Source of the DNA: Acidobacteriota bacterium
Lineage (GTDB): Bacteria > Acidobacteriota > Vicinamibacteria > Vicinamibacterales > UBA8438
Direction of reading: 5' to 3'
DNA length: 64,000 nucleotides
Assembly: GCA_002712885.1 (NCBI GenBank)
Contig: PAUN01000010.1
Location: forward strand, 70,783 to 134,782
Shown: piece after piece, positions 45,498 through 54,987 of the stretch
How the letters are laid out: every line of letters begins with the position of its first letter
Position numbering within the stretch: the stretch's first letter is position 1
The notes under the pieces: model-generated
What the model saw: the letters and a program-made list of their open reading frames with translations, nothing else
What the model was told of the DNA's origin: nothing
Database searches by the model: none
Translations under genes and position numbers: made by a program

Positions 45498-48400
45498 GTG
45501 GCATCATCGACTGGTTCGCTCGTAACTCGGTCGCCGCCAACTTGCTGATGGTGTTCATCGTCGTCAGCGGGGCGTTCTCGGCGTTCAGCGTCAAGCAGGA
45601 GGTCTTTCCGGAATTCTCGCTCGACATGGTGACCATCGAGGTGCCATACCTCGGAGCCGCACCCGAAGAAGTCGAGGAAGCCGTGAATGTCCGTCTTGAG
45701 GAAGCGATCCAAGGTATTGACGGCATCAAGCAGATTACATCGACCGCCTCGGAGGGCTCGGGCTCGGTGACGATCGAGCTGGAGCTCGGAGCCGACGCAC
45801 GCAAGGTCGTCGACGACGTCAAGAGCAACGTCGACGCCATCAGCACGTTTCCGGACGAAACCGAACAACCCATCATCCGCGAAATCAGATCGCGCCGCGG
45901 TGTAATCGATATCGCGGTGTCGGGACTGGCGGACGAGGTCACACTGAAGCGCCTCGCCGAGCGGGTCAGGGACGACCTGGCGGCACTACCTGAAATCACA
46001 CAGGTCGAAATGGCCAACGCGCGGCCGTATGAAATCTCCGTCGAAGTCTCGGAAGCATCGTTACGCCGACACGGCCTGACCTTCCAGGCCGTCGCGGAAG
46101 CCGTTCGCCGCTCCTCCTTCGACCTCCCGGGCGGGTCCGTCCGCACCGACGGCGGTGAGATTCTGCTGCGGACGATCGGCCAAGCGTATCGGGGCAACGA
46201 GTTTGAAGACCTTGTCGTCTGGACGCGTCCAGACGGAAGCCGGCTGCGCCTGCGGGACGTGGCCACCGTGATCGACGGCTTTGCGGAGACGGACCAAATG
46301 GCCCGTTTCGACGTCGAGCCGACGATGCTGGTCTCGGTCTTCCGTACGGGCGATCAGAGTGCACTCGACATCGCCGACGCCGTGCACACCTACGTAGCGG
46401 CGGGCAATGCCCGGATGCCGGCCGGTGTCAAGCTGACCACCTGGCAGGATCAGGCGCAGATCCTCGACGCCCGGCTGTCGATGATGCTTCGGAACGGGAC
46501 GACCGGCTTCGTCCTGGTCTTCGTGGTCCTGGCGCTGTTCCTCGATCTGCGCTTGGCCATGTGGACCAGCCTCGGCATCCCGATCTCGTTTTTTGGCGCA
46601 CTGTGGATGATGCCGGGCCTCGAGGTCTCGATCAATGAGATCTCGCTCTTCGCGTTCATTCTGGTGCTGGGTATCGTCGTCGACGACGCCATCGTCGTGG
46701 GGGAGAACATCTACACGCACCAGGAACGGCATGGCGAAGGGCTACGAGGGGCCATCGAGGGCGCCCACGAGATCTCCACGCCAGTGATCTTCGCGGTGCT
46801 GACCACAGTCGCCGCGTTTGTCCCCCTCCTGCTCGTGCCTGGCATGATGGGCAAGATCTTCCGGGTTATACCGCTGGTGGTCATCCCCTGCCTGCTCTTC
46901 TCCCTGGTGGAATCACTCCAGATCCTGCCGTCGCACCTGTCTCATATGCCGAAGCGGCGCTCCCGGCGTGGGCTATGGAGCCGATTCCAGGGCTTCTTCG
47001 CCAACGGGCTGAAGCGAGTCATTCAAATCGTGTATCGCCCCACGTTGGACCTGGCGCTGCGATGGCGATACTCGACGGCGGCCGTCGGCGCCGCCATGCT
47101 CATCCTGACGGTCGGCATGGTCATGGGGGGGTGGGCGAAATTCCACTTCTTCCCCTCGATCGAAGCAGACTTCATTTCCGTGGCGGTCACGATGCCCCAA
47201 GGCACGCCCGCGACCGCGACATCCGAAGCGATCGCCCAACTCGAACAGGGCGCCGAAAAGTTGCGGGAGGAAATGATCGCGCGAGACGGTGTCGACCCGT
47301 TTCTCCATGTCTATTCGTCAGTGGGCGACCAGCCAATGGCCGCACAGGGTGGGAGCCCGTTCGGCGCCATTTTCAACATGGCGTCTGGCAACGTCGGTGA
47401 GATCACGGTGGAGCTGGCCCCATCGGAGCAGCGGACCACCACCAGCGAAGCATTGGGCAATCGCTGGCGAGACCTTACTGGGCCGGTGCCCTCCGCCACC
47501 GAGGTCAAGTTCACCGCCACGATGATGAGCCCGGGCGACGACGTGGACGTGCAGTTGACGGGCGGCGGCATCGAGCAGCTCCGGGCCGCAGCGGACGCCG
47601 TGAAGGCGCAGCTGAACGGCTATGCCGGGGTATTCGAGATCTCGGACTCGTTCCGCCAGGGCAAGCGCGAGATGAAGCTGGGAATCAAGCCGACGGCGGA
47701 GACCCTGGGACTGACTCTCCAGGACCTCGGCCGGCAGGTGCGCCAGGCGTTCTACGGCGAAGAGGCGCAGCGGATCCAACGCGGACGCGACGACGTGCGG
47801 GTCATGGTTCGCTACCCCGAATCCGAACGTCGCTCACTCGGCAATCTCGAGAGCATGCGGATCCGGACACCTGATGGCGGCGAGGTGCCGTTCCGGCAGG
47901 TCGCGGAGGTCGAGCAGGGCCGCGGATTCGCCTCAATCAAGCGGGTCGACCGGCAGCGCGCCATCAACGTCACCGCGGCGGTCGACGCCACCGTGACGTC
48001 ATCGCAGGCGGTCATCGCGGACCTCGAATCACGAATCCTGCCGCAGGTATTGGCCGAGTTCCCGAGCGTCCGCTTCTCGTTTGAAGGTGCGCAAGCGGAG
48101 CAGCGAGATGCGGTGGGTGGACTGCAGCAAGGCTTTGGTCTGGCCCTGCTGATGATCTTCGGACTGCTCGCGATTCCCCTGCGCTCCTACTTGCAGCCGC
48201 TGATTATCATGGGCGCCATTCCCTTCGGGCTCGTTGGCGCCGTGTGGGGACACATCATGCTCGGTTTGGACGTGACGATGATGTCGATGTTCGGGCTGGT
48301 CGCCCTGACCGGCGTCGTCGTCAACGACAGCCTCGTCATGGTCGACTTCATCAATCGCAAGCGGCAGCAGCACGCCACACTCGATGAGGCGGTGCGGGAA

Positions 48401-48730
48401 GCCGGCGCGGGCCGGTTTCGGCCCATCATGCTGACATCCCTGACCACGTTCGTCGGTCTGGCACCGCTCATCATGGAGAAGAGCTTTGGGGCGCAGTTCA
48501 TGGTACCCATGGCGGTGTCGCTGGCATTCGGGGTCGTGTTCGCCACATTCATCACACTCATCCTGGTGCCGACGTCTTATCTGATTCTGGACGACCTCAC
48601 CCGAGGGACACGGCGGCTGCTCGGCCTTGGGGACGTCACGGCCGAGGACGAGGAGCAGGAACGGCTCTCGGCGATGACACCACGTCCCACCCCGGCCGAT
48701 GCTGTGGCAATGGGGTCCAGCAGTACCTAG
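45494..48730 (+). CDS. RND multidrug/hydrophobe efflux pump (AcrB/HAE1-like)
   Basis: 1078 aa, 12 TM with two large periplasmic loops. Typical N-terminus IIDWFARNSVAANLLM.. and ..VVDDAIVVGENI. ATGA overlap with the MFP gene. Confidence 0.95.
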   Translation: MSGIIDWFARNSVAANLLMVFIVVSGAFSAFSVKQEVFPEFSLDMVTIEVPYLGAAPEEVEEAVNVRLEEAIQGIDGIKQITSTASEGSGSVTIELELGADARKVVDDVKSNVDAISTFPDETEQPIIREIRSRRGVIDIAVSGLADEVTLKRLAERVRDDLAALPEITQVEMANARPYEISVEVSEASLRRHGLTFQAVAEAVRRSSFDLPGGSVRTDGGEILLRTIGQAYRGNEFEDLVVWTRPDGSRLRLRDVATVIDGFAETDQMARFDVEPTMLVSVFRTGDQSALDIADAVHTYVAAGNARMPAGVKLTTWQDQAQILDARLSMMLRNGTTGFVLVFVVLALFLDLRLAMWTSLGIPISFFGALWMMPGLEVSINEISLFAFILVLGIVVDDAIVVGENIYTHQERHGEGLRGAIEGAHEISTPVIFAVLTTVAAFVPLLLVPGMMGKIFRVIPLVVIPCLLFSLVESLQILPSHLSHMPKRRSRRGLWSRFQGFFANGLKRVIQIVYRPTLDLALRWRYSTAAVGAAMLILTVGMVMGGWAKFHFFPSIEADFISVAVTMPQGTPATATSEAIAQLEQGAEKLREEMIARDGVDPFLHVYSSVGDQPMAAQGGSPFGAIFNMASGNVGEITVELAPSEQRTTTSEALGNRWRDLTGPVPSATEVKFTATMMSPGDDVDVQLTGGGIEQLRAAADAVKAQLNGYAGVFEISDSFRQGKREMKLGIKPTAETLGLTLQDLGRQVRQAFYGEEAQRIQRGRDDVRVMVRYPESERRSLGNLESMRIRTPDGGEVPFRQVAEVEQGRGFASIKRVDRQRAINVTAAVDATVTSSQAVIADLESRILPQVLAEFPSVRFSFEGAQAEQRDAVGGLQQGFGLALLMIFGLLAIPLRSYLQPLIIMGAIPFGLVGAVWGHIMLGLDVTMMSMFGLVALTGVVVNDSLVMVDFINRKRQQHATLDEAVREAGAGRFRPIMLTSLTTFVGLAPLIMEKSFGAQFMVPMAVSLAFGVVFATFITLILVPTSYLILDDLTRGTRRLLGLGDVTAEDEEQERLSAMTPRPTPADAVAMGSSST

Positions 48731-48756
48731 CAGGTTGCCGAAGAATGTTGGGGGGG

Positions 48757-48861
48757 CGTTTCCGGGCAAAGCGTTCGTCTGGCCAGGCGCAAGGAGGGAA
48801 CATGCAGGCGGCATGTGACCGACGCAGCAACGCGGCCAAGCGGACGCCTCGCTCGGAAACC
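48757..48861 (+). repeat. Repeat family 1, copy D (best-preserved full copy)
   Basis: CGTTTCCGGGCAAAGCGTTCGTCTGGCCAGGCGCAAGGAGGGAACATGCAGGCGGCATGTGACCGACGCAGCAACGCGGCCAAGCGGACGCCTCGCTCGGAAAC. The wider unit 48727-48864 is bracketed by CTAG at both ends. Those are the TAG stops of the RND pump (+) and the TlpA-like gene (-). Confidence 0.8.
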
Positions 48862-49685
48862 TAGGCGCCGGTGATCTCGGCGACCACCTGTTCGGCGAGC
48901 GGCAAGCTGAATCCGCAGGACGAGTCGTTGATCCGACACTGCGCCAGGGTCAGTCCACAACCGCAACTGCAGCCTTCCTCGTTCAGTCGCTGCAGGGCCG
49001 TCACGCGCTGTTCGGGCGTCAACGTCGTCAAGTCCAGACCGGGGATTTTGGTAGCATGGGCTGCGTTGACGAGTCGACCGTGCGGGTCCTCGTCGACCAA
49101 GTCGACAGTGATGCCCGGGTCGAGCGCTGCGAGAAACCGGGTTTCCTGTTCCAGCACGCCTGCGCTGATCAATCCGACATGGGTCTTCACCACGCGGCCG
49201 TCTGGGTCGATGATGAACGACGTTGGCAACGCCATGACGCCCGGAAAGGCCTGGTTCAGCTCAGGCGTCATCATGACCACGGGGTAGTTGATCCCATACT
49301 GCGTCGCGAAGTCCTCAACCATCTGCGTCGGCCCCTCATCGGTGGACACGCCGATGACTTGCAGATGATCCGAATAGCGCTCCTGTAACTGAATCAGATC
49401 GGGAATCTCGGCCTTGCACGGTCCGCACCAGGTCGCCCAAAAATTGATCAGCGTCACCTTGCCGCGCAAGTCGTCCGTCGTGAGGGTGTTCCCCTCCAGG
49501 TCTTCCATCGACACCGCGAGTACCGGAGACGGATTGGCTACGAGCTGAATCGATGCGGGACGTTGATCCGCGCCGAAGATCGGCTCTGGCGCCAGGGGGT
49601 CTGGACTACCGGCATCCCCGCACCCAACCGCGACGCCGGCCGTCAGTACCAATACCCCGGTCAGCGATTGCCTGCGACTTGTCAT
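48861..49685 (-). CDS. TlpA/ResA-like thioredoxin-fold lipoprotein with C-terminal Cys-rich domain
   Basis: Lipobox AVGCG. INFWATWCGPCKAE is the CxxC active site. C-terminal cluster EEGCSCGCGLTLAQCRINDSSCGFS. Confidence 0.8.
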   Translation of the reverse strand: MTSRRQSLTGVLVLTAGVAVGCGDAGSPDPLAPEPIFGADQRPASIQLVANPSPVLAVSMEDLEGNTLTTDDLRGKVTLINFWATWCGPCKAEIPDLIQLQERYSDHLQVIGVSTDEGPTQMVEDFATQYGINYPVVMMTPELNQAFPGVMALPTSFIIDPDGRVVKTHVGLISAGVLEQETRFLAALDPGITVDLVDEDPHGRLVNAAHATKIPGLDLTTLTPEQRVTALQRLNEEGCSCGCGLTLAQCRINDSSCGFSLPLAEQVVAEITGA

Positions 49686-49790
49686 GACCTCTCCCCAGGG
49701 CCGACGTGACCCCATTCGGCTATTCTAGTGCACCGTGGCGAGTCCGAGTCGCCCAACCCGATTCCCCTTAGGCCATTAGGACGCTGCGAC

Positions 49791-50795
49791 GTGCCCGAAC
49801 GATCCTCAACCCGAGCGACTGTGCCCCCCCACGACGAACGGGCGACCGAGTCGGATGTGTACGCCGCCTACCGCTTGATCCTCGGGCGAGAGCCGGATGT
49901 CGCGGGGCTCCGCCACTACCGCGAACTGGTAGCCGACGGCCTTCCCCGAACGGCCCTGGCCCACGCGTTCCTCCACTCTGAGGAACATCATCAACAGCTG
50001 CAACAGGAGCACCGAGCCGGCGAGGTCGCCGTGGACCTAGGCGGATATCAGGTTATGGTCGACCGGAGTGACCCTGACTTCGGGGCGGACATCGCGCACT
50101 GGCGCATCTACGAGGAGCCGGTCCGGCAGGCGCTCCGCGAGCAGCTCACGGCCGATGACATCTGTCTCGACGTGGGAGCCAACGTCGGGGTGATGACCTT
50201 CCTGGCAGCGACGGTCGTGGGTCCACACGGACGGGTGATCGCGGTGGAGCCGAATCCCGACAACATCCAGCTCCTGTATCGAGGCCTGCTGCTCAACCGG
50301 CTCGACAACGTCGAAGTGCTTCCGCTGGCGGCCTCGGACCGGCGATCCGTCTTCGCGCTGTCCGGACATTCGAATTCCGAGCTCCAGAACGCCGGCCCGC
50401 CGGACGCCAACCACCGGCTCGTGCAGGCGGCCGCGCTAGACGACCTGCTCGGTGATCTGCCGCGGCTGGATCTGGTGAAGCTCGACATCGAAGGCTCCGA
50501 GCCCGCCGCCCTGCGCGGACTCGAGCGACTCGTCACGACTTACCGGCCGACATTGCTCGTCGAATTCAATCCGCGGTGCCTGACGCGGCGCGGGGAAGAT
50601 CCGTCGGCCTTCGCGGAGCGGCTCCTGGAACTGTACCCGACGGTGCGGGCGATTAGTCATTTCGGCGACGACGAGCGCTTCAGGCGCGCTGGCGACCTGC
50701 TGTCGTTCTGGCGGCGGCGGGCGGATGAGGTAACCGCGGCCGGCCGGCTTCCGCAAGACCTACTGCATTTCGATCTGGTCACAGAACGACGATAA
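49791..50795 (+). CDS. FkbM-family methyltransferase with N-terminal DUF4214-like segment
   Basis: VYAAYRLILGREPDVAGLRHYRELVADG..FLHSEE is DUF4214-like. CLDVGANVG.. ..VIAVEPNP.. LVKLDIEGSE are FkbM motifs. The start is uncertain (GTG 49728, 49791 or 49857). Confidence 0.7.
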   Translation: MPERSSTRATVPPHDERATESDVYAAYRLILGREPDVAGLRHYRELVADGLPRTALAHAFLHSEEHHQQLQQEHRAGEVAVDLGGYQVMVDRSDPDFGADIAHWRIYEEPVRQALREQLTADDICLDVGANVGVMTFLAATVVGPHGRVIAVEPNPDNIQLLYRGLLLNRLDNVEVLPLAASDRRSVFALSGHSNSELQNAGPPDANHRLVQAAALDDLLGDLPRLDLVKLDIEGSEPAALRGLERLVTTYRPTLLVEFNPRCLTRRGEDPSAFAERLLELYPTVRAISHFGDDERFRRAGDLLSFWRRRADEVTAAGRLPQDLLHFDLVTERR

Positions 50796-50808
50796 TGAAG
50801 GGAGCACC

Positions 50809-51507
50809 ATGCGCCGGGCATCCTTCTCCTCGTGCGTTGCGGCGGTCCTCGTTGGCGCAGTGCTGCTCGCTCCGATCGCGGCGGCCCAAGACCGTACGAC
50901 CGCCGAGAGGCTCGAGGCCCTAAACCAAGAGACGCGCCAACAGCTCAACGGCTCGGGCGTCGCCGACTTCGTGTGGTGGCTCCCGACCGAGTGGTGGCGG
51001 CTGGCGCTCAGCGGGAATGAGACGGTGCCGGAGCCGTTTCTTCAACGTACGGAGGCCGCACTCGCGCGATACACACTGGTGCTCATTGCGCACGGGAACG
51101 CCAGTCCCGACACGCTGACCTGGACGGATGAGACGGCGCTACGGGCCCAGGTCGCGCTTCTCGACCGAGACGGGCGGGACTATTCGCCGATCGCGACCGA
51201 GCTGGTCGCGGAGGATGCCCGAGCCGCCGTCGACGCGATCCGCCCCAGCTTTGCCGGCCTGCTCGGCCCGGCCGGCCGCAACTTCCACTTCTTCTTTTTC
51301 CCCTCCACGACGGACACCGGAACCGCGATCGCCGACCCGCGGTTACCGGGAGAAATCTCGGTTCGCGTCGTGAACCAACGGTATCGCTGGCGCTTGCCGC
51401 TGGGGTCATTGCTCCCCGAGAAACGCTGTCCCGTCGATGGTGAGCGGCTGAACGGCGGATGGCTCTTCTGCCCGTGGCACGGCGACCGTCTGACGTCTAT
51501 CGATTAG
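50809..51507 (+). CDS. Secreted hypothetical protein
   Basis: Signal peptide ..LLAPIAAAQD. C-terminal CPVDGERLNGGWLFCPWHG motif. No family recognised. Confidence 0.5.
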   Translation: MRRASFSSCVAAVLVGAVLLAPIAAAQDRTTAERLEALNQETRQQLNGSGVADFVWWLPTEWWRLALSGNETVPEPFLQRTEAALARYTLVLIAHGNASPDTLTWTDETALRAQVALLDRDGRDYSPIATELVAEDARAAVDAIRPSFAGLLGPAGRNFHFFFFPSTTDTGTAIADPRLPGEISVRVVNQRYRWRLPLGSLLPEKRCPVDGERLNGGWLFCPWHGDRLTSID

Positions 51508-51591
51508 ACGGGCTCCGCCCCAAACCCAACCCAGCGGCTACGTCGGGACCCCGGTTTCGATCATCCGCCCAATCCGTGCCACTTTTCCCCA

Positions 51592-51614
51592 CTCCGCGGC
51601 CGCAGGGCGCGGAG
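51592..51614. terminator. GC-rich hairpin between convergent genes (CTCCGCG-9 nt-CGCGGAG), no U-tract
   Basis: 7-bp perfect stem in the 154-bp convergent spacer. It could serve either strand. Confidence 0.25.
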
Positions 51615-51661
51615 TAAACGCAGGCGCTAGGCTCGACGTGTTCCCGGATAGGATCGGAGAA

Positions 51662-53026
51662 TCAGTATCCCCACTGCACGGCGAGCATCAGGGCCAGAAT
51701 CGCCACCAGATACAGCTTCACCAACAGCGGGACCACGAACCGAAGCCAGCGCTGATAGGGAATCCGCGCCAGCGCCAGCATGCCCATCAACACCGGGTTG
51801 GTCGGAACGACCATGTTCGTGAACCCGTCGCCGAACTGATAGGCCAGCACCGCGGTCTGCCGGGTCAGGCCGGTGAGATCGGCGATGGGCGCCATGATCG
51901 GCATGGTGATGTAGGCCTGGCCCGACCCAGACGGGATAAACAGATTGAACACGGTCTGCACCGCGAGCATGCCAACGGCCGCGACGTGTCCGGGCCACGA
52001 CTGGAGTGGCGCGGCGAGACCGTTGATCACCGTGTCGATCACCTGGCCCTGGGTCAGCACGACCTGGATCGTACGAGCGAAGCCGACGATGATGGCCGTT
52101 GTCGTCAGTTCGGCGGCGCCCACGTAGAAAGCACGAGCGACCCGGTTGGGGGACAACCTGGCCACCGCCGCGGCCACCAGCGCGATACCAAGGAAGACGG
52201 CGGTCAACTCGGTCAAGTACCACTCGCGCGCACCCACCCCGTACACAAACAACCCGATACCAGTGCCGAAGACGGTGATGACCGACATACGCACCGGTGT
52301 CAGTCGAAGGTCATCCGGAAGCTCGAACCCCTCGGCGTAGGAGACATCCGTCACCAGACTGCAGCTGGGATCAGCCTGCACGCGCCGCAGGTAGCGAAGG
52401 ATGTGATGGGTCCCGATGGCCAAACAGATGGCCAGCAGCAGCCATCGGACACTCTGGCCTGACGTCAACTCGACGCCGGCAATACTCTGCCCAATCAACA
52501 CGGTGAAGGGATTGAGCGCGGCACAGGCGTAGCCGACCCCCGCCCCGACGTAGACAATGCCAAGGGCGACGACCGCATCAGCCTTGAGGGCGAGACACAT
52601 CGCCACCAGCAACGGCACGAATGGCACGTACTCCTCGGCCATGCCGACCGTGGACGACCCGACGGCGAACAGCATGACCATGCCACCAACGAGCCACACC
52701 GGCCGGCCACCGAGTCGGCGAATCGCCAGCCCGATCAGTGCGTCGATGGCGCCGGTGGCCCGCAGCACCCCGAAGACACCGCCAACGATGAAGATGAAGA
52801 AAATAATGTCGGCCGCTTCGATGAGACCAACCGGCACCGCGGTCAGGAATGTGAGGACGGGGAGCGGCTCGGCGTCGACGGCGTGATAGCTCCCACTTAC
52901 GACCTGGCGCCCCTCACGCTCGAACTCACCCGCCGGTAGGACGTAGGTCGCGAACTGGGCCAGGAGGATCAGCCCAAAAATCAGCACCAACGAGTCGGGC
53001 ACGCGTGAGGGACGGGACTCGCTCAC
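51662..53026 (-). CDS. YfcC-family (DcuC-like) anion/peptide permease
   Basis: VP..LVLIFGLILLA..TYVLPAGE.., IFFIFIVGGVFGVL.ATGAIDA, GMAEEYVPFVPL and NPFTVLI.Q.IAG are YfcC signatures. GTG 53026 overlaps the upstream TGA (GTGA). Confidence 0.8.
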   Translation of the reverse strand: MSESRPSRVPDSLVLIFGLILLAQFATYVLPAGEFEREGRQVVSGSYHAVDAEPLPVLTFLTAVPVGLIEAADIIFFIFIVGGVFGVLRATGAIDALIGLAIRRLGGRPVWLVGGMVMLFAVGSSTVGMAEEYVPFVPLLVAMCLALKADAVVALGIVYVGAGVGYACAALNPFTVLIGQSIAGVELTSGQSVRWLLLAICLAIGTHHILRYLRRVQADPSCSLVTDVSYAEGFELPDDLRLTPVRMSVITVFGTGIGLFVYGVGAREWYLTELTAVFLGIALVAAAVARLSPNRVARAFYVGAAELTTTAIIVGFARTIQVVLTQGQVIDTVINGLAAPLQSWPGHVAAVGMLAVQTVFNLFIPSGSGQAYITMPIMAPIADLTGLTRQTAVLAYQFGDGFTNMVVPTNPVLMGMLALARIPYQRWLRFVVPLLVKLYLVAILALMLAVQWGY

Positions 53027-54063
53027 TCCTGTCTCGTCGAGTCGTCTGACACCCGCACGAGCAACTTGCCGAAATTCTCGCCTCGGAGGAGCCCCTGAAA
53101 CGCCCCGACCGCGTTCTCGAATCCCTCGACGATGTCCTCGCGATACTTCAGCTCGCCGGACCGGATCCAACCACCGACGTCACGGATGAAATCGGGCTGG
53201 CGAGCCACATGATCAAACACGATGAACCCGCGAATCATCAACCGACGAACAAGCACCAGCCCCATCAGCTTTGGCACCTCGTTCGGCCCGGCGGGCAACT
53301 CGGTCATGTTGTAGTTCGCGATGCGTCCACACACCGGCATCCGGGCAAAGTCGTTCAACAACGGGACCACAGCCTCAAACACCTTCCCGCCGACGTTCTC
53401 AAAATAGAGGTCGATACCGTCCGGGCACACCGCCCGAAGATCCTCGTCCAGGGTGTCGCTGTAGTGACTGACGCACGCGTCGAATCCCAACTCGCCGGTT
53501 ACGTAGTCGCACTTCTTCTGGGCGCCGGCGACGCCAACTACGTGGCACCCCTTGATCTTGGCGATCTGGCCCACGACCGCACCGACGGCCCCGGAAGCGG
53601 CGGACACTACCACCCGGTCACCGTCCTTCAGTGCTCCCACATCGAGCAACCCGACGTAGGCGGTCATCCCCGGCATGCCGAGCACCCCGACGGCGGTCGA
53701 GATCGGAGCCACGGTCGGGTCAAGCTTCCGCACGCCTTGGCCGTCCGACACGGCATATTCCTGCCAGCCGTTTGCTGACAACACGAACTCGCCTTCCGCA
53801 AACCCACCGTGATTGGACGTGACCACCTGCCCCACCGTCTGTCCGGTCATCACGTCACCCACGTCCACGCCTTTGGCGTAGGAGGGACCCGGATTCATCC
53901 GTCCGCGCATATACGGGTCGAGCGACAAGTAGATGGTGCGGACCAGGAGTTCGCCGTCACCCGGCGCTGGGACCGGACCCTCGACGAGCGCGAAATCGGT
54001 GTCGACGGGAGCCCCGACCGGATGGGCATTCAGCACGATCTGACGATTGACGAGTGAGGACAT
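53023..54063 (-). CDS. NADP-dependent oxidoreductase, MDR superfamily (YncB/CurA/PTGR-like)
   Basis: MSSLVNRQIVL...P.G.P...DF.L.E.P.P.PG.GELLVRT.YLS.DPYMRGRM and ..SAASGAVG..VGQIAK.KGC.VVG.AG. ATG 54063. Confidence 0.85.
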   Translation of the reverse strand: MSSLVNRQIVLNAHPVGAPVDTDFALVEGPVPAPGDGELLVRTIYLSLDPYMRGRMNPGPSYAKGVDVGDVMTGQTVGQVVTSNHGGFAEGEFVLSANGWQEYAVSDGQGVRKLDPTVAPISTAVGVLGMPGMTAYVGLLDVGALKDGDRVVVSAASGAVGAVVGQIAKIKGCHVVGVAGAQKKCDYVTGELGFDACVSHYSDTLDEDLRAVCPDGIDLYFENVGGKVFEAVVPLLNDFARMPVCGRIANYNMTELPAGPNEVPKLMGLVLVRRLMIRGFIVFDHVARQPDFIRDVGGWIRSGELKYREDIVEGFENAVGAFQGLLRGENFGKLLVRVSDDSTRQE

Positions 54064-54269
54064 ATTGAGACTCTCGGTTGACCGTGGGTAAGGCCCGTCA
54101 CCGCGGGCGGCCATCGCGCGAGGCGCGATTGTACCCCGAGGTATAATCCGAAGCGCGCCAGTCCCACCATACGCGGCGGCGCAAGGCCCCTTCGACAGCT
54201 GGCACGAACCAGTGGTGGTCGAGTTGGAGCTGACCGGAGCCAAAAACGGCGAACGGCCTCACGAACTAC

Positions 54270-54977
54270 ATGGACATTCGACAGACATCACGCGTGACCA
54301 CGTCGATCACCTTGGTCATGTTTCTCGTGGGTACGGGGTCCGCCCTCGCTCAGCACGAAGAGCTGGAGCGGCTCGAATCCGCCACGACTGTCTTCGGGGA
54401 GATCATGGACGCGCCGGACAATGTGATTCCCCGGTCGATCCTCAAGAAGGCCGAGGCGGTGGCGATCATCCCCAACACGGTGAAAGCCGGATTCATCTTC
54501 GGCGGTCATCGTGGCAAGGGCGTGATCAGCGCCCGGAACGCGAACGGCGAGTGGTCGCAACCTGCGTTCTTGACACTGACGGGCGCAAGTTTTGGTCTGC
54601 AGATCGGCGGGCAATCCGTCGACCTCGTCCTGGTGATCATGAACCGCAAGGGTCTCGAGAAGCTGCTCCAGAACGAGTTCAAATTCGGCGCTGATGCCTC
54701 GGCCGTCATGGGGCCAGTGGGCCGCGACGCCGAAGCGACGACCGACCTCTACCTACGGGCCGAAATCATCAGCTACTCAAGAACCCGGGGGCTGTTTGCG
54801 GGCATCACGCTGAAGGGCTCCACTCTCAAGGCCGATCGCGACGCCAATGAGCGGTTCTACGGCTACCCCTACGGCTCCGGTCAGATCGTGCTCGAAGAAG
54901 AGCCGGCCACCCCGCACAACGCCAAAGCGGTGTCGGACTGGCGGGCCACGCTCGCCGCCGGGGTGCCCACGAACTAG
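54270..54977 (+). CDS. SYLF (Ysc84/DUF500) lipid-binding domain protein, secreted
   Basis: ..IPRSILKKAEAVAIIPNTVKAGFIFGGHRGKGVISAR...WS.PAF..L.GASFGLQIGGQS.DLVLV.. is the SYLF signature. Confidence 0.8.
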   Translation: MDIRQTSRVTTSITLVMFLVGTGSALAQHEELERLESATTVFGEIMDAPDNVIPRSILKKAEAVAIIPNTVKAGFIFGGHRGKGVISARNANGEWSQPAFLTLTGASFGLQIGGQSVDLVLVIMNRKGLEKLLQNEFKFGADASAVMGPVGRDAEATTDLYLRAEIISYSRTRGLFAGITLKGSTLKADRDANERFYGYPYGSGQIVLEEEPATPHNAKAVSDWRATLAAGVPTN

Positions 54978-54987
54978 CAACTGGCGG

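Noticed and set aside
43844-46266. Several long minus-strand ORFs (43844-44845, 44355-45479, 45442-46266, and others) inside the efflux operon
   Set aside because: All are antisense to the well-supported MFP and RND genes and have low-complexity Arg/Ser/Pro composition. The same applies to 510-1616, 1050-1760, 12580-13203, 12722-13705, 27372-28088, 36003-36734 and 37732-38793.
51430-51507. Rieske [2Fe-2S] motif in the C-terminus of the 232-aa secreted protein (CPWHG)
   Set aside because: The first box lacks the His (CPVDG instead of CxH). The spacing and length do not fit a Rieske fold. I treated it only as an unexplained Cys motif.
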